This document shows positions 18,564-28,337 of a stretch of 64,000 nt of DNA, one piece after another. Under the pieces are notes generated by a model, which did no database searches, was not told the origin of the DNA, and worked only from the letters and a program-made list of their open reading frames with translations. The number at the start of each line of letters is the position of its first letter. Position 1 is the stretch's first letter. Origin of the DNA: Candidatus Hydrothermales bacterium (GTDB taxonomy: Bacteria > Hydrothermota > Hydrothermia > Hydrothermales > JAJRUZ01); the NCBI GenBank assembly GCA_039630235.1, contig JBCNVI010000001.1, positions 363,059 through 427,058 of the forward strand. Reading direction: 5' to 3'. The position numbers were made by a program, and so were the translations under genes.

Positions 18564-20335
18564 GTCTTCTTAACCCAAGATTCACCTTTAAGAATTTAAT
18601 CGAGTATAAGGGAAACAGAATGGCAAAGAGAGCCCTAGAAGCGATAATTGAAGAACCTTTGCTTTTTAATCCCATTTTTTTGTGCTCCGCACCCGGCATG
18701 GGTAAAACCCATCTTATTACAGCTCTTGCCCATAAGTTAAGAGAAAAAAACATAAAAGAACTGTTTTTAACACCAAAAGAATTTGAGAGAGATTACGAAA
18801 AAATTTACGAATTTAAAAAGGGCTTTCTCATCATTGATAATTTTGAAACTTTTCCTAAAATAAAAAATGAAATAATAGAGGACTTTTCAAAAAATATAGA
18901 TGTAATTATTGCTAATGAAATTCAAATAGTACTGTCATCTTCATTATCATTAGATGAACTAAAAGGCCTAAAGGAAGAATTAATATCAAGGATAAAAGGT
19001 GGACTTGTAATTGAAATTTTACCACCAGATGAAGAGGACATAAAACTTCTAATTAAAGAAAAACTCTCAAAAAGAGGAGTTTTAATAGAAGAAAAATTCA
19101 TAAATCTTATATCAAAAAAGGGTTATAAAAATATAAGAGAAATTGAGGGAGATATAAATAGGATCTTTTTAAGATTCATCTCAAAAGAAAAAATTGAAGA
19201 AAAAGATATTGAAGAAATAACCGGAATATCTTTACCAATTCTCTTTTTTTCAGATATAATACCAGAAATAGAAAAGAGTTTAGAAAAATTTGAAAAAATT
19301 GCGAGAGAGGAAGAAGCTTTAAAAACAGCACTAAAGGAGAAAATATATATATGGGAAATGAAAGGTTATAAAACAGATAGACTCAAAAAATTGGTAGATA
19401 TAAAGGACATTGAAAGCATAAAAAGGGAGTATAGAAGATTTGTAAGTGATATTATGAAATTAATTGAATTTCAAAAAATTTATGGAGAAATAGGTGAACA
19501 AGATCCGGAAATTGAAAAGGCTCTTTTTGATCCAGATAGAATTGAAGAAGTGGAAAAATTCATAGAAGAAAAGAGAACTCATCTAAGAAAAAGAGAAGTG
19601 CCGCAGAAATTGAGAGAAACAGAATTTAAAATTATAGAGTCAGATTATAATAGGGATGTTCTAGAAAATATAAGAAAACAGGCAACTCAAGGAGAGCCCT
19701 CACTAATTTTTGTCTTTTCACCTGGTAAAAGGGGACTTTCAACACACCTTCTTTATGCCTATGAAATTAACCCTGAACCTAAAAGAGTACTTTTTAACTC
19801 TAGCGATTTAACCGATCTTTTTTTTGAAAATCAAAGTAAATTAAATAAAGTCTTTGAAGATTTTAACTTTATAATTATAGACGATGCTGAAATCTTCTTT
19901 GATGTAGAAGATTTAAGAGATAAATTAATTCCGATAATATTAAAAGAAAAGAATAGAGGAAAAAGGTTTTTAATAGGAGTTAAAAAAGAAATGAAAGAAA
20001 TTTTTCTTCCCCCTGAGTTTAAAAATCTTTTTAAAGTGGCAAAAGTTACCTTCATTGAAAAGCCAGATAATAAAATCTTACTCGAGTTTTTAAACCAAAA
20101 ACTAAAAAATAAGGGCTTAGAAATCGATGAGAACCTAAAAAAAGAGATATTAAATAGAGATTTTTTTGACCTAAAAGAATTTGAAGAGCATTTTGAAGAA
20201 TTTTTAAAAGAACTTGAAAAAGTTAGGGAAACAGAAAGTCTTGCAGGATATTTAACTGAGGTTGAAGGGGAAAGTAGGAAAATAATCTTTGATATTGAAA
20301 TACTAGAGGAAAGAATTTTTGAGGATTATCCATGA
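18560..20335 (+). CDS. Tandem DnaA-like AAA+ ATPase (pseudo-dimeric), not canonical DnaA
   Basis: 591 aa. Module 1 (residues 8-230) matches DnaA domain III: FTFKNLIEY...NPIFLCSAPGMGKTHL (Walker A), LIIDNFE (Walker B with DN), NIREIEGDINRI (sensor region). Module 2 (~370-520) repeats the fold with a degenerate P-loop (PGKRGLSTHLL) but a canonical IIIDDAEIF Walker B. DnaA domains I, II and IV are absent. Confidence 0.6.
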   Translation: MSLLNPRFTFKNLIEYKGNRMAKRALEAIIEEPLLFNPIFLCSAPGMGKTHLITALAHKLREKNIKELFLTPKEFERDYEKIYEFKKGFLIIDNFETFPKIKNEIIEDFSKNIDVIIANEIQIVLSSSLSLDELKGLKEELISRIKGGLVIEILPPDEEDIKLLIKEKLSKRGVLIEEKFINLISKKGYKNIREIEGDINRIFLRFISKEKIEEKDIEEITGISLPILFFSDIIPEIEKSLEKFEKIAREEEALKTALKEKIYIWEMKGYKTDRLKKLVDIKDIESIKREYRRFVSDIMKLIEFQKIYGEIGEQDPEIEKALFDPDRIEEVEKFIEEKRTHLRKREVPQKLRETEFKIIESDYNRDVLENIRKQATQGEPSLIFVFSPGKRGLSTHLLYAYEINPEPKRVLFNSSDLTDLFFENQSKLNKVFEDFNFIIIDDAEIFFDVEDLRDKLIPIILKEKNRGKRFLIGVKKEMKEIFLPPEFKNLFKVAKVTFIEKPDNKILLEFLNQKLKNKGLEIDENLKKEILNRDFFDLKEFEEHFEEFLKELEKVRETESLAGYLTEVEGESRKIIFDIEILEERIFEDYP

Positions 20336-21912
20336 GAGGTTCACTTAGGGAAATTCCATTTTCAGACGTTGTCCAGTTAATGGTTATGGGTAAAAAAACT
20401 GGTAGACTTTCAGTAACTAACGGAGAAGATTTTCTAGAAATCTATTTTAAGGGTGGAATAATAATATTTGGGAAAATGATAAATAGAAAAGAAAAAGTTG
20501 GAGAAATTCTTCTATCTAAGGGTGTAATTAACGAAGAAACTTATAAAAAAGCTGAAAATTTAATTGAAAAGGGAGCACCAAACTTTGGATCAGCACTAAT
20601 TGAGCTTGGAATTTCTGAAGATGAAATTAAGAAAGTTTATGAAGAAGAAATAAAAAAATTTGTCTCGGAAGCGATTTCTTGGTCAGACGGATATTTTAAC
20701 TTTGAACAAGATGAATTTCCAAAGGAAAGACCAATAATATCTCTTGATCCTTCTTATTTACTTATAGAGTCTGCAAAAACCTTCGACGAATGGAAAAAAG
20801 TTCAAGAACTAATTCCTTCAATTGATGAAATTTGTATCTTGAAAGATAAAACATATAAGCCCGTTGATGAGAAAGAAAAAATAATAATTGAATTTGTAGA
20901 CGGAGAAAAAACCGTAAGGGAAGTATTCGAGAAAGCTGGAAAAAACCTCTTTGAGCTTGCTGAGACTTTTAAGAATCTCCTTTTAAAGGGAGTAATAGAC
21001 ACAATCCCAAAGAAAAAAAGGGATGAAGAAGTATCTAAAACAAAAATTTTAGAACATATTAATTTAGGTTATGCCTTTTTAAAAACTGGATTATTTGAAG
21101 AAGCAGAGAGGGAATTTAGAAGATTAAATGAGATTATTCCTGACAAAGCAGATAGTTTCTTTTATCTAGGGCTTCTATCAATTTACAAAAAAGAATTTCA
21201 AAAGGCAATAGAGTTTTTAAAAGAAGCCCTAAAAAGAGACCCAACTAATCCCAAAATTATGAACAACCTCTTTTTCATATATATTGAAACAAATAATCTT
21301 AAAGAAGCGGAAAAAATTTTAGAGGAAATTGACAAGCTCAAATTCGAAGACGAGAGATTTTTGTTAAATAAAGCAATTTATTTTGACAAAATAAATGAAA
21401 AAATAAAATCAGAAGAAATAATTAAAACTTTAATGAAAGAAAGATCCTTTCTTAAAACCCCTTATATCATGTTAGCACAGAAATTATACAATGAAAAAAA
21501 GTATCTCCAAGTAATTGAAATACTCTCAATCTTAAAGGGCTATGATCCCAAAAATCCTGAGGTAAATTATGGTTTAGGGATATCATACAGAGCTTTAAAA
21601 AAGTTTAAAGAAGCTGAAGATTACTTAAGAAACGCAATTAAATTATCCCCGTCTAACGTAAAGTATAAACTCGCATTAGCTGACTTATTGTATGAAAGGG
21701 GAAGACACGATGAGAGTAAGACCCTCTACACACAGATACTATCAATTGATAAACAGAACAAGGAGGCTCTTTTAAGATTAGGTAATATTTATCTGAAAGA
21801 AGGAAAAAACAAAATTGCATTAAAATACTTTGAAGATTTATTAAAGATTGATCCAGAAAATAAAGTAGCAAAAAGAAACTTAGAAATTTTAAGAAAAGCT
21901 GTAAATGTATAA
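20332..21912 (+). CDS. DUF4388-domain / TPR-repeat protein
   Basis: 526 aa. The N-terminus LREIPFSDVVQLMVMGKKTGRLSV...IYFKGGIIIFG fits the DUF4388 consensus. The C-terminal half carries multiple TPR-like repeats (AEREFRRLNEIIPDKADSFFYLGLLSIYKKEFQKAIEFLKEALKRDP...). Confidence 0.55.
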   Translation: MRGSLREIPFSDVVQLMVMGKKTGRLSVTNGEDFLEIYFKGGIIIFGKMINRKEKVGEILLSKGVINEETYKKAENLIEKGAPNFGSALIELGISEDEIKKVYEEEIKKFVSEAISWSDGYFNFEQDEFPKERPIISLDPSYLLIESAKTFDEWKKVQELIPSIDEICILKDKTYKPVDEKEKIIIEFVDGEKTVREVFEKAGKNLFELAETFKNLLLKGVIDTIPKKKRDEEVSKTKILEHINLGYAFLKTGLFEEAEREFRRLNEIIPDKADSFFYLGLLSIYKKEFQKAIEFLKEALKRDPTNPKIMNNLFFIYIETNNLKEAEKILEEIDKLKFEDERFLLNKAIYFDKINEKIKSEEIIKTLMKERSFLKTPYIMLAQKLYNEKKYLQVIEILSILKGYDPKNPEVNYGLGISYRALKKFKEAEDYLRNAIKLSPSNVKYKLALADLLYERGRHDESKTLYTQILSIDKQNKEALLRLGNIYLKEGKNKIALKYFEDLLKIDPENKVAKRNLEILRKAVNV

Positions 21913-22675
21913 CTTAAAGCAGGTAAAAGAACTAATCTTTGAAAAAACGGGCATTGATCTTTCTTATTACAGAGATAACTATCTTGAAAGAAGATTAAGA
22001 GTAAGAATGAGAAAAAATAATCTTAATGACATTAGCCTTTATATAGAAAAGCTCGAAAATGATGAAGAAGAAAGAAAGAAATTCATTAATGAAATAGGAA
22101 TAAATGTATCTTATTTTTTCAGAAATAAAAGTACATATGACCAAATAAAAAGTTTAGTTTTGCCTGATTTAAAAATGAGAGGAAAAATATACATATGGAG
22201 TGCTGGTTGTGCTTCAGGTGAAGAACCATACTCTGTGGCAATTCTTATGAAAGAGGAAGGTATCGAAGGCTATAAAATTTATGCAACAGATATTGATAAT
22301 GAAGCACTCGAAAAGGCAAAAATGGGAATATACGAACCAGATAAATTGATCGAAACTCCAGGGGAGCTGATAAAAAAATACTTTGAAAAAATTAATAATA
22401 AATTCAAAATTTCTGAGGAACTTAAAAAAAACATAAATTTCTTTTTTCATGACATAACAAAAAAACCGCCACTTACAAATTTTGATCTTGTTTTATGTAG
22501 AAACGTAATAATTTATTTTGTAAAAGAAAAACAGAAACTGGTTTTTGAAAATCTATATTTAAGCTTAAAAAAGAACGGCTTTTTAATTCTAGGGAAAACT
22601 GAATTCCTTCCTTTTGAATTTCTTGATAGATTTGAGTATGTATCTAAAGTTGAGAGAATACTTAGGAAAATATGA
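21905..22675 (+). CDS. cheR: Chemotaxis-type protein-glutamate O-methyltransferase (CheR family)
   Basis: 256 aa with an N-terminal all-alpha CheR domain (VSYFFRNKSTYDQIK) and a SAM-binding core (IWSAGCASGEEPYSVAIL...ATDID). Confidence 0.75.
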   Translation: MYNLKQVKELIFEKTGIDLSYYRDNYLERRLRVRMRKNNLNDISLYIEKLENDEEERKKFINEIGINVSYFFRNKSTYDQIKSLVLPDLKMRGKIYIWSAGCASGEEPYSVAILMKEEGIEGYKIYATDIDNEALEKAKMGIYEPDKLIETPGELIKKYFEKINNKFKISEELKKNINFFFHDITKKPPLTNFDLVLCRNVIIYFVKEKQKLVFENLYLSLKKNGFLILGKTEFLPFEFLDRFEYVSKVERILRKI

Positions 22676-24492
22676 AAGAAGAGAAAATATTTGTAAATGT
22701 CCTAGAAACAGACTATGAAAATAGTTTCTCACTCAGTTACCCAAATTGGAGATTTAAATTTGAAAAAGTACTTGAGGAAATTGAAAAGGGAAACATAAGA
22801 TATATACACACTGGTGCAAGTGCCTCTTTTTTCTTAAGATTTTATAAAGAAAATAGCTCTGAAGAATTAAAACTAAACTTACTTCTTAGACTTAAAAAAA
22901 TCGGAATTAACCCTTTTTATTATTTTATCCCTCCAAATCTTCTTGAAGCTCACTCACTTATAAAAAATTTAAAGATAGTTTATGATGAATTAAAAGAAAG
23001 TTTTTCAGGAGAAAAAGTACTTTATTTGCCAATAATCAGTAAATTACCAAGTGGACTTTTTTACCTTTTAAAAGGCTTTGATATTGACCTTTTAGTATCA
23101 AAAATTCCACTTAAAAAACACTTTGTTATAACAAAAGATTTTGAAAATGAAATAAAAATAATGAATGTTTCCTGTGACTCAAAAAATGTATTTATAGAGC
23201 CCTATCCTCAAAAAGATGAAATAAAAAACAGTCTTTTCTCACTTGAGGAAATAACCTCAACTATACCAGAAAAAGGTGACTTTTTTGAGTTTAATTCAGA
23301 TATAAAAGTTAAAAAAAATTACCCCTATTTCAAAAAACTTGAGGATTTAATTTTTAAATGCGGTGTCTTAAACACAATTTTAAATGTTTATAAAGTGATT
23401 CCCTCAGACTACTTTATCAAGGAAAAAAACAAAAACTTTCTAAAACTTTTTAATTCAGACAACACTGAACTAATAAAGGAAGAAATTAAGGAATTAAAAA
23501 TATATATTAAAACTGTTACAGAGGATTTTATTGAGGAAAAAGAGGGATATTTAATTTTTAATGTTTTACCCTTTAAAAGAGAATACTATAGGATAATAAA
23601 AAATAAGCTATTCAGAGCTGAGGTAGAAAGTCTCAGTTTTTCAGAGCTTAAAGAAGAAAAATCAGTATTTCAAGAGGTAGACTTTAAAATTTATGAAAGG
23701 GGCAACCTAAAATTTTACGATCTTTACATTTATCCAAAGTTAATTGGAGAAAAAGGTGAAATAAAAGGTGGAATATATGAAGAAGAATTATTTAAGGAAA
23801 ACTTTATTAAAACAAATTCTAAAATAAAGTGGGATAAAAAAATTTTCTTATTTTCAACCTCTTTTTTACCACACGATGAAAGTCTTAAACTAAAGGGAAA
23901 ACTAATTAATATAAATAGATGTGAAATTTTAATTTATAGTGAAAAAAATTTTAAAGTTTATACTTTCGCTCCCTTTGTTAAAGAAGAAATAACTACAAAA
24001 AAAATTTATTCAGGATATTTAATTATAGAAGGTGAAAAAACCTACTTCCTTAAAACAATACCTGGAACAATTTTAGAAAGAAAAAACGGAATTATAAAAT
24101 TAGTTTTTGATAAAAATGTTGAGTTAGAAATTAAGAAAATTTCAGAATTTACAGTTAAAGAATTTTTGAAATTCAAATATAAACCAATTTTATTTAAGGG
24201 AAAACTCAAAAAAAAACTAAATCCACTCTTTGAAATAAAAAATGATAATGTAAACTTTCTTTCTCTTGATTTAAATGAAAATACTCTTTTTATTTATTTA
24301 TACTCGCAAGATAATGAAAGTATAAAGCTACTGTTTAAGGAAAAAACTGGTGAAGCCTTTTTATTTGATCTAAAAGCAAAAAGGAAACTTGACAAATTAG
24401 TAATTAAAGAAAGATGGGTTATAACTCCTTCTCAAAGGGGTCTATTTTGTATTGGTATTGATATTACTAAGATGCCTCTTTATATTTTTTAA
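22672..24492 (+). CDS. Hypothetical protein (606 aa), translationally coupled to cheR and the M28 gene
   Basis: Long Lys/Glu/Phe-rich ORF with no motif recognised by eye. Its 4-nt and 1-nt overlaps with neighbours argue that it is a real operon member. Confidence 0.4.
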   Translation: MKEEKIFVNVLETDYENSFSLSYPNWRFKFEKVLEEIEKGNIRYIHTGASASFFLRFYKENSSEELKLNLLLRLKKIGINPFYYFIPPNLLEAHSLIKNLKIVYDELKESFSGEKVLYLPIISKLPSGLFYLLKGFDIDLLVSKIPLKKHFVITKDFENEIKIMNVSCDSKNVFIEPYPQKDEIKNSLFSLEEITSTIPEKGDFFEFNSDIKVKKNYPYFKKLEDLIFKCGVLNTILNVYKVIPSDYFIKEKNKNFLKLFNSDNTELIKEEIKELKIYIKTVTEDFIEEKEGYLIFNVLPFKREYYRIIKNKLFRAEVESLSFSELKEEKSVFQEVDFKIYERGNLKFYDLYIYPKLIGEKGEIKGGIYEEELFKENFIKTNSKIKWDKKIFLFSTSFLPHDESLKLKGKLININRCEILIYSEKNFKVYTFAPFVKEEITTKKIYSGYLIIEGEKTYFLKTIPGTILERKNGIIKLVFDKNVELEIKKISEFTVKEFLKFKYKPILFKGKLKKKLNPLFEIKNDNVNFLSLDLNENTLFIYLYSQDNESIKLLFKEKTGEAFLFDLKAKRKLDKLVIKERWVITPSQRGLFCIGIDITKMPLYIF

Positions 24493-25229
24493 TGGTAAAA
24501 GATACTATTCTCCTTTTTTATATGAATTTTCTAATTTCAATAGGACCTAGAGTTCCAGGTTCAGAAGGTCATAAGAAGTTAAGGGAATTCTTATATAAGG
24601 AATTCAAAAATATGGGTTACCTTTGTAAAGTTGATTCTTTCATCGAAGATAACTTTAAGTTTTATAATTTGATTTTTAAAAAGGGCAAAAATAACTTCAT
24701 ACTCCTTGGAACCCACTATGACACAAAGGAGGGCATTGAAGGAGCAAATGACTCCGGTTCAGGAGTAATTTTACTTTTATACTTAGCAAAAAAACTTAGA
24801 GATTTAGATAAAAACTTACTTTTTGTATTCTTTGATGGAGAAGATTTTGGAGAAACACCACCACTTTATGGATCAAGACACTTTGCTAAAAAAAATTATG
24901 ATATAAAATGGGGTATTGTCTTTGACATGATTGGAGACAAAAATCTTGAAATTTTTATGGAAGGATACTCCCTAAAGTATGCTCCTTTTATAACAGATTC
25001 AATTTTCAGTTACGCTGAAAAAAGAAAAATAAATTTCTTTCATAAAAAATTAAAGTATTATATTATAGATGATCACTTGCCTTTACTTGAAGCAAACAAA
25101 AAGGTTATTCTTCTTATTGATTTTGATTATCCTTACTGGCATACACTTGAGGATACCTGGGATAAAATAAGTTTAGAAAACATAGAAAAACTTGGTAACT
25201 TTATTGTAGATTATTTGAAAACAAAGTGA
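24492..25229 (+). CDS. M28-family zinc peptidase-like protein (aminopeptidase / glutaminyl-cyclase fold)
   Basis: 245 aa with an N-terminal hydrophobic segment and a metal-ligand motif THYDTK...GANDSGSGV...FDGED characteristic of M28. Confidence 0.55.
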   Translation: MVKDTILLFYMNFLISIGPRVPGSEGHKKLREFLYKEFKNMGYLCKVDSFIEDNFKFYNLIFKKGKNNFILLGTHYDTKEGIEGANDSGSGVILLLYLAKKLRDLDKNLLFVFFDGEDFGETPPLYGSRHFAKKNYDIKWGIVFDMIGDKNLEIFMEGYSLKYAPFITDSIFSYAEKRKINFFHKKLKYYIIDDHLPLLEANKKVILLIDFDYPYWHTLEDTWDKISLENIEKLGNFIVDYLKTK

Positions 25230-25248
25230 AAGTAAATTATTATAAATT

Positions 25249-26118
25249 ATGAAAATAACTATTTTAATTTTTACGCTAACTTTTAGGGGGCAAATACTTT
25301 TAAAGGACAGTATACCCTTAAAAAATTACCCTTACACTCTTGTTGAGCTTGATTCAAATCTTAGTCCTATAGACTCGCTTAGATTTAAAACAGATCAAAA
25401 TGGAAAATTTAATGTAGATACAAAGAAAAATGGAATTTATTTTATAAAAACAAATTTTCAAGGTATAGATTATAGGACCGATCCCCTTTTTGAAGATAAT
25501 GAGAACATAAATTTATCAGTATATGATACTATCTCTAAAAGTGATAAAGTTATTATAAATAGGGCACATATTGCCTTTGTTTTAATGTCAAATATCATTC
25601 AAGCTATAGAAGTTTATAATTTTTTCAATACTTCAAGAAAGTTTGTTAAAAAGACTTTTAAATTAAATATGCCAAGAAAAGCAACACATATACTATCTCT
25701 TCAGGGAGTTCTACCATTTGAGTTAAAAATAAAGGGAGATACCTTTATTTACACAAATGGTTTTACACCAGGATTAAAAACAATTTCATTACTTTACCAC
25801 CTTCCACTTGAGAAGATAAAATTTGAAAGAAAAAACCCTTTAGCTATTAATGAATTCCTTGTGATGACACCCCCTGAAATTGATTTAAGAACAAGGAAAA
25901 ATTTTGAAAAAACAAATATAAATACAACTCAAGGTAATCTTTTTGTCTATACTTTCAAAAATTTAAAGGCTGAGGAAATCTTTTCCTTTGAGATAAAACC
26001 TAAAGAAGAAAAAAAGTTAAAAGAATTTATCTTACCCTTTATTTTTATAGTTTTACTAGTCATTTTCTTATTATTAATTAGAAAGAGATGGTTGAAAAAG
26101 GAAATAGTATCAGAGTAG
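25249..26118 (+). CDS. Hypothetical secreted/single-pass membrane protein
   Basis: 289 aa with a signal peptide and a C-terminal TM anchor (LPFIFIVLLVIFLLLIRKR). Overlaps the downstream ABC ATPase by 31 nt. Confidence 0.4.
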   Translation: MKITILIFTLTFRGQILLKDSIPLKNYPYTLVELDSNLSPIDSLRFKTDQNGKFNVDTKKNGIYFIKTNFQGIDYRTDPLFEDNENINLSVYDTISKSDKVIINRAHIAFVLMSNIIQAIEVYNFFNTSRKFVKKTFKLNMPRKATHILSLQGVLPFELKIKGDTFIYTNGFTPGLKTISLLYHLPLEKIKFERKNPLAINEFLVMTPPEIDLRTRKNFEKTNINTTQGNLFVYTFKNLKAEEIFSFEIKPKEEKKLKEFILPFIFIVLLVIFLLLIRKRWLKKEIVSE

Positions 26119-26735
26119 CAAACTTAAAAAAAATCTTTAAGAGAAACTATGTATTAAAGGGAATAAGTTTTGAAATAAAAGAAAAGGGCCTTTATCTTTT
26201 TGTGGGTGACAATGGGGCTGGGAAAACAACACTTTTTAAAATACTTTCTCTAATCCTTTTTCCTTCTGAAGGAGAGATCTTTTATAATGGTGAAAGAGTA
26301 AATAATAAAGCAGAAATTTTTTTAAAGTACATAGGATTTATATCTCATAATCCTCTTTTGTATCCTGATTTAACTTGTTTTGAGAACCTTGAATTTTCCT
26401 CAAAGTTTTTCAATATTCCTAAAGAAAGAATTCTTGAACTCTCTGAAGTTTTTGAAACGAAAGACTACTTGAATAAAAAGGTAAAGGAACTTTCAAGAGG
26501 TCAAATTCAAAGAATTTCACTCATAAAATCAATATTACACGATCCAATTTTTCTGTATCTAGATGAACCTTTTAATTCACTTGATAAAAAAGGATCTAAA
26601 ATACTTGAAAGTTACATTTTTGAAAATATGGATAAAAAAATTATTTGTATATCAAGCCACAGTTATTCTGAAATTTTTGAAGAAAGTAAAAGGATTTTTT
26701 ATCTTCAAAAGGGAGAAATTGTTAAAGAGGAGTAA
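26088..26735 (+). CDS. ABC transporter ATP-binding protein (short CcmA-like ATPase), no cognate permease adjacent
   Basis: 215 aa with Walker A GDNGAGKTTLFK, the signature LSRGQIQRISL and Walker B LYLDEP. Confidence 0.7.
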   Translation: MVEKGNSIRVANLKKIFKRNYVLKGISFEIKEKGLYLFVGDNGAGKTTLFKILSLILFPSEGEIFYNGERVNNKAEIFLKYIGFISHNPLLYPDLTCFENLEFSSKFFNIPKERILELSEVFETKDYLNKKVKELSRGQIQRISLIKSILHDPIFLYLDEPFNSLDKKGSKILESYIFENMDKKIICISSHSYSEIFEESKRIFYLQKGEIVKEE

Positions 26736-27735
26736 ATTTAAATAGATTTTCTTTTTTTTCAACGTTAAAATCTAAAAAGTGCTTCGCTGTCCAGATTGCT
26801 GTTTCAAAGTGAGATGTAGGTTCTTTTTGATAAACTTCTCCACCATAGAGTGCAAGAAAAGGAACAAGATGATCGGCAAGATGTGGATCTGGAGAATCAC
26901 CTCTTTTTAGAAAAAGAATAAATTTTTCCGCAAGTTCTTCACCGAGAACTTCAGCAGGTACCCCTTTTTTCCCTAAGATGTCAACTGCTAATTTCCTTTT
27001 CCCATTAAAAATTCCAATGACTAAAAAGCTACAACCTGGTGAGGGAGAATCTTCATAACTTATTTCAAATTCAATATTGTTATTTATGTCTTTAATCCTT
27101 TTATAAAAGGCTTCCCTCATTCTTTCAAGGACTTTCTTCTCCTCTAAAATTTTTGACCCAGCTAAAAAACCCTTCATTTTAACGAGTTCTCCGTCTCCAA
27201 ATTCAAGATCTATTTTACTGAGTTTTCCATGTAATTTGAGTTTCACCACTCCCCCACCTCTTGGATAATAGCCTCTTTTTATAACTAAAAAACTTTTTTC
27301 TTTTAATATATTTTTAAAAGTGTCTAATATGTAATATCTAAAGTAGTCAAAAACTGGACCACCAGGAACATCAGTACCTCCGATCAATTCAAGATGTACT
27401 GGATTTTCTGAAATAAGGGAAACTGGAAATATTGTTTGTAAAAATAGGGGAATTGAACCTGCTGTCTCAAAGTCCATCTTTACTTTTCCACCTTTAACTT
27501 TACCTGGATAAAATCTAACTTCTAAAGAATGTAACCTATCTCCCTCAACTTTAGACTCTGATATTTCTTTTATACATTTTAGAATATGTAGATGTTGATT
27601 TTTAAGTCCAGGGTTAGGTCTTCCTTTTCTAATGTTATAAATATAAAAGGGTTTATTTGTTAAAAGTGATAAAAAAATAGAAATTCTTAAGATTTGTCCG
27701 CCACCTTCCTTATAGGAGCCGTCTATACTAATCAT
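26722..27735 (-). CDS. rtcA: RNA 3'-terminal phosphate cyclase
   Basis: 337 aa with GSYKEGGGQILRISI, PGLKNQHLHIL and DPHLADHLVPFLAL matching RtcA signatures. Confidence 0.8.
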   Translation of the reverse strand: MISIDGSYKEGGGQILRISIFLSLLTNKPFYIYNIRKGRPNPGLKNQHLHILKCIKEISESKVEGDRLHSLEVRFYPGKVKGGKVKMDFETAGSIPLFLQTIFPVSLISENPVHLELIGGTDVPGGPVFDYFRYYILDTFKNILKEKSFLVIKRGYYPRGGGVVKLKLHGKLSKIDLEFGDGELVKMKGFLAGSKILEEKKVLERMREAFYKRIKDINNNIEFEISYEDSPSPGCSFLVIGIFNGKRKLAVDILGKKGVPAEVLGEELAEKFILFLKRGDSPDPHLADHLVPFLALYGGEVYQKEPTSHFETAIWTAKHFLDFNVEKKENLFKFTPL

Positions 27736-27737
27736 AT

Positions 27738-28220
27738 TTAAGATGTCTTTTTAAACTGTTCAGTAAAATTTAAACCACTTTCTGTAAGTGCATAAATTGG
27801 CCTTCCACTTCTTTTCTGAGGCAAAACATATAAAAATTTTTTTTTCTTAAATTTTTGTATAAAAGCGGAAGGATTTTTCGATATTTTCCATTTCATTATT
27901 TTATAAATATTTCTGATATCAGATAGAGAGAAAGATTTTTTTTGAAGAACCTCATGAATAAATTTTGCAGAAAGCAAAATCCTCTGCGTGTTATTTTTTA
28001 CCTCGTAATTTTTAAAATACGATTTGACTTTATCTATATCAATCTCGGGCAGCCCCTCAGACACCCTTTTTAATTTGGCACCCTCAGCTTTAGAATCTTT
28101 ACCTTTTTTCTCAAATAAGATTTCGTAAAGCTCATTAAACTTCTTCTCAACAAACTCTATATCACCATAAACCTCTAACTCAGTATCTTTTTTCCTATAC
28201 TTAATTCCAAACAATTTCAT
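27738..28220 (-). CDS. Hypothetical protein upstream of and coupled to rtcA
   Basis: 160-aa ORF ending 2 nt before the rtcA start. No recognisable motif. Confidence 0.35.
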   Translation of the reverse strand: MKLFGIKYRKKDTELEVYGDIEFVEKKFNELYEILFEKKGKDSKAEGAKLKRVSEGLPEIDIDKVKSYFKNYEVKNNTQRILLSAKFIHEVLQKKSFSLSDIRNIYKIMKWKISKNPSAFIQKFKKKKFLYVLPQKRSGRPIYALTESGLNFTEQFKKTS

Positions 28221-28337
28221 TTTTTAATAAATTTTTTGTGGAATAGAACCGATTCCAAAAAGTATTATATAATACATCCTTTTAAATTTTTAAAGCAAAA
28301 AAATTAAATAGAAGTTTTAAGGTTCAAGTCCATAAAC

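Noticed and set aside
18560-20335. Calling this dnaA and the locus the replication origin
   Set aside because: Only the AAA+ module resembles DnaA. Domains I, II and the C-terminal DNA-binding domain IV are absent. No TTATCCACA-like boxes are visible in the flanking intergenic DNA.
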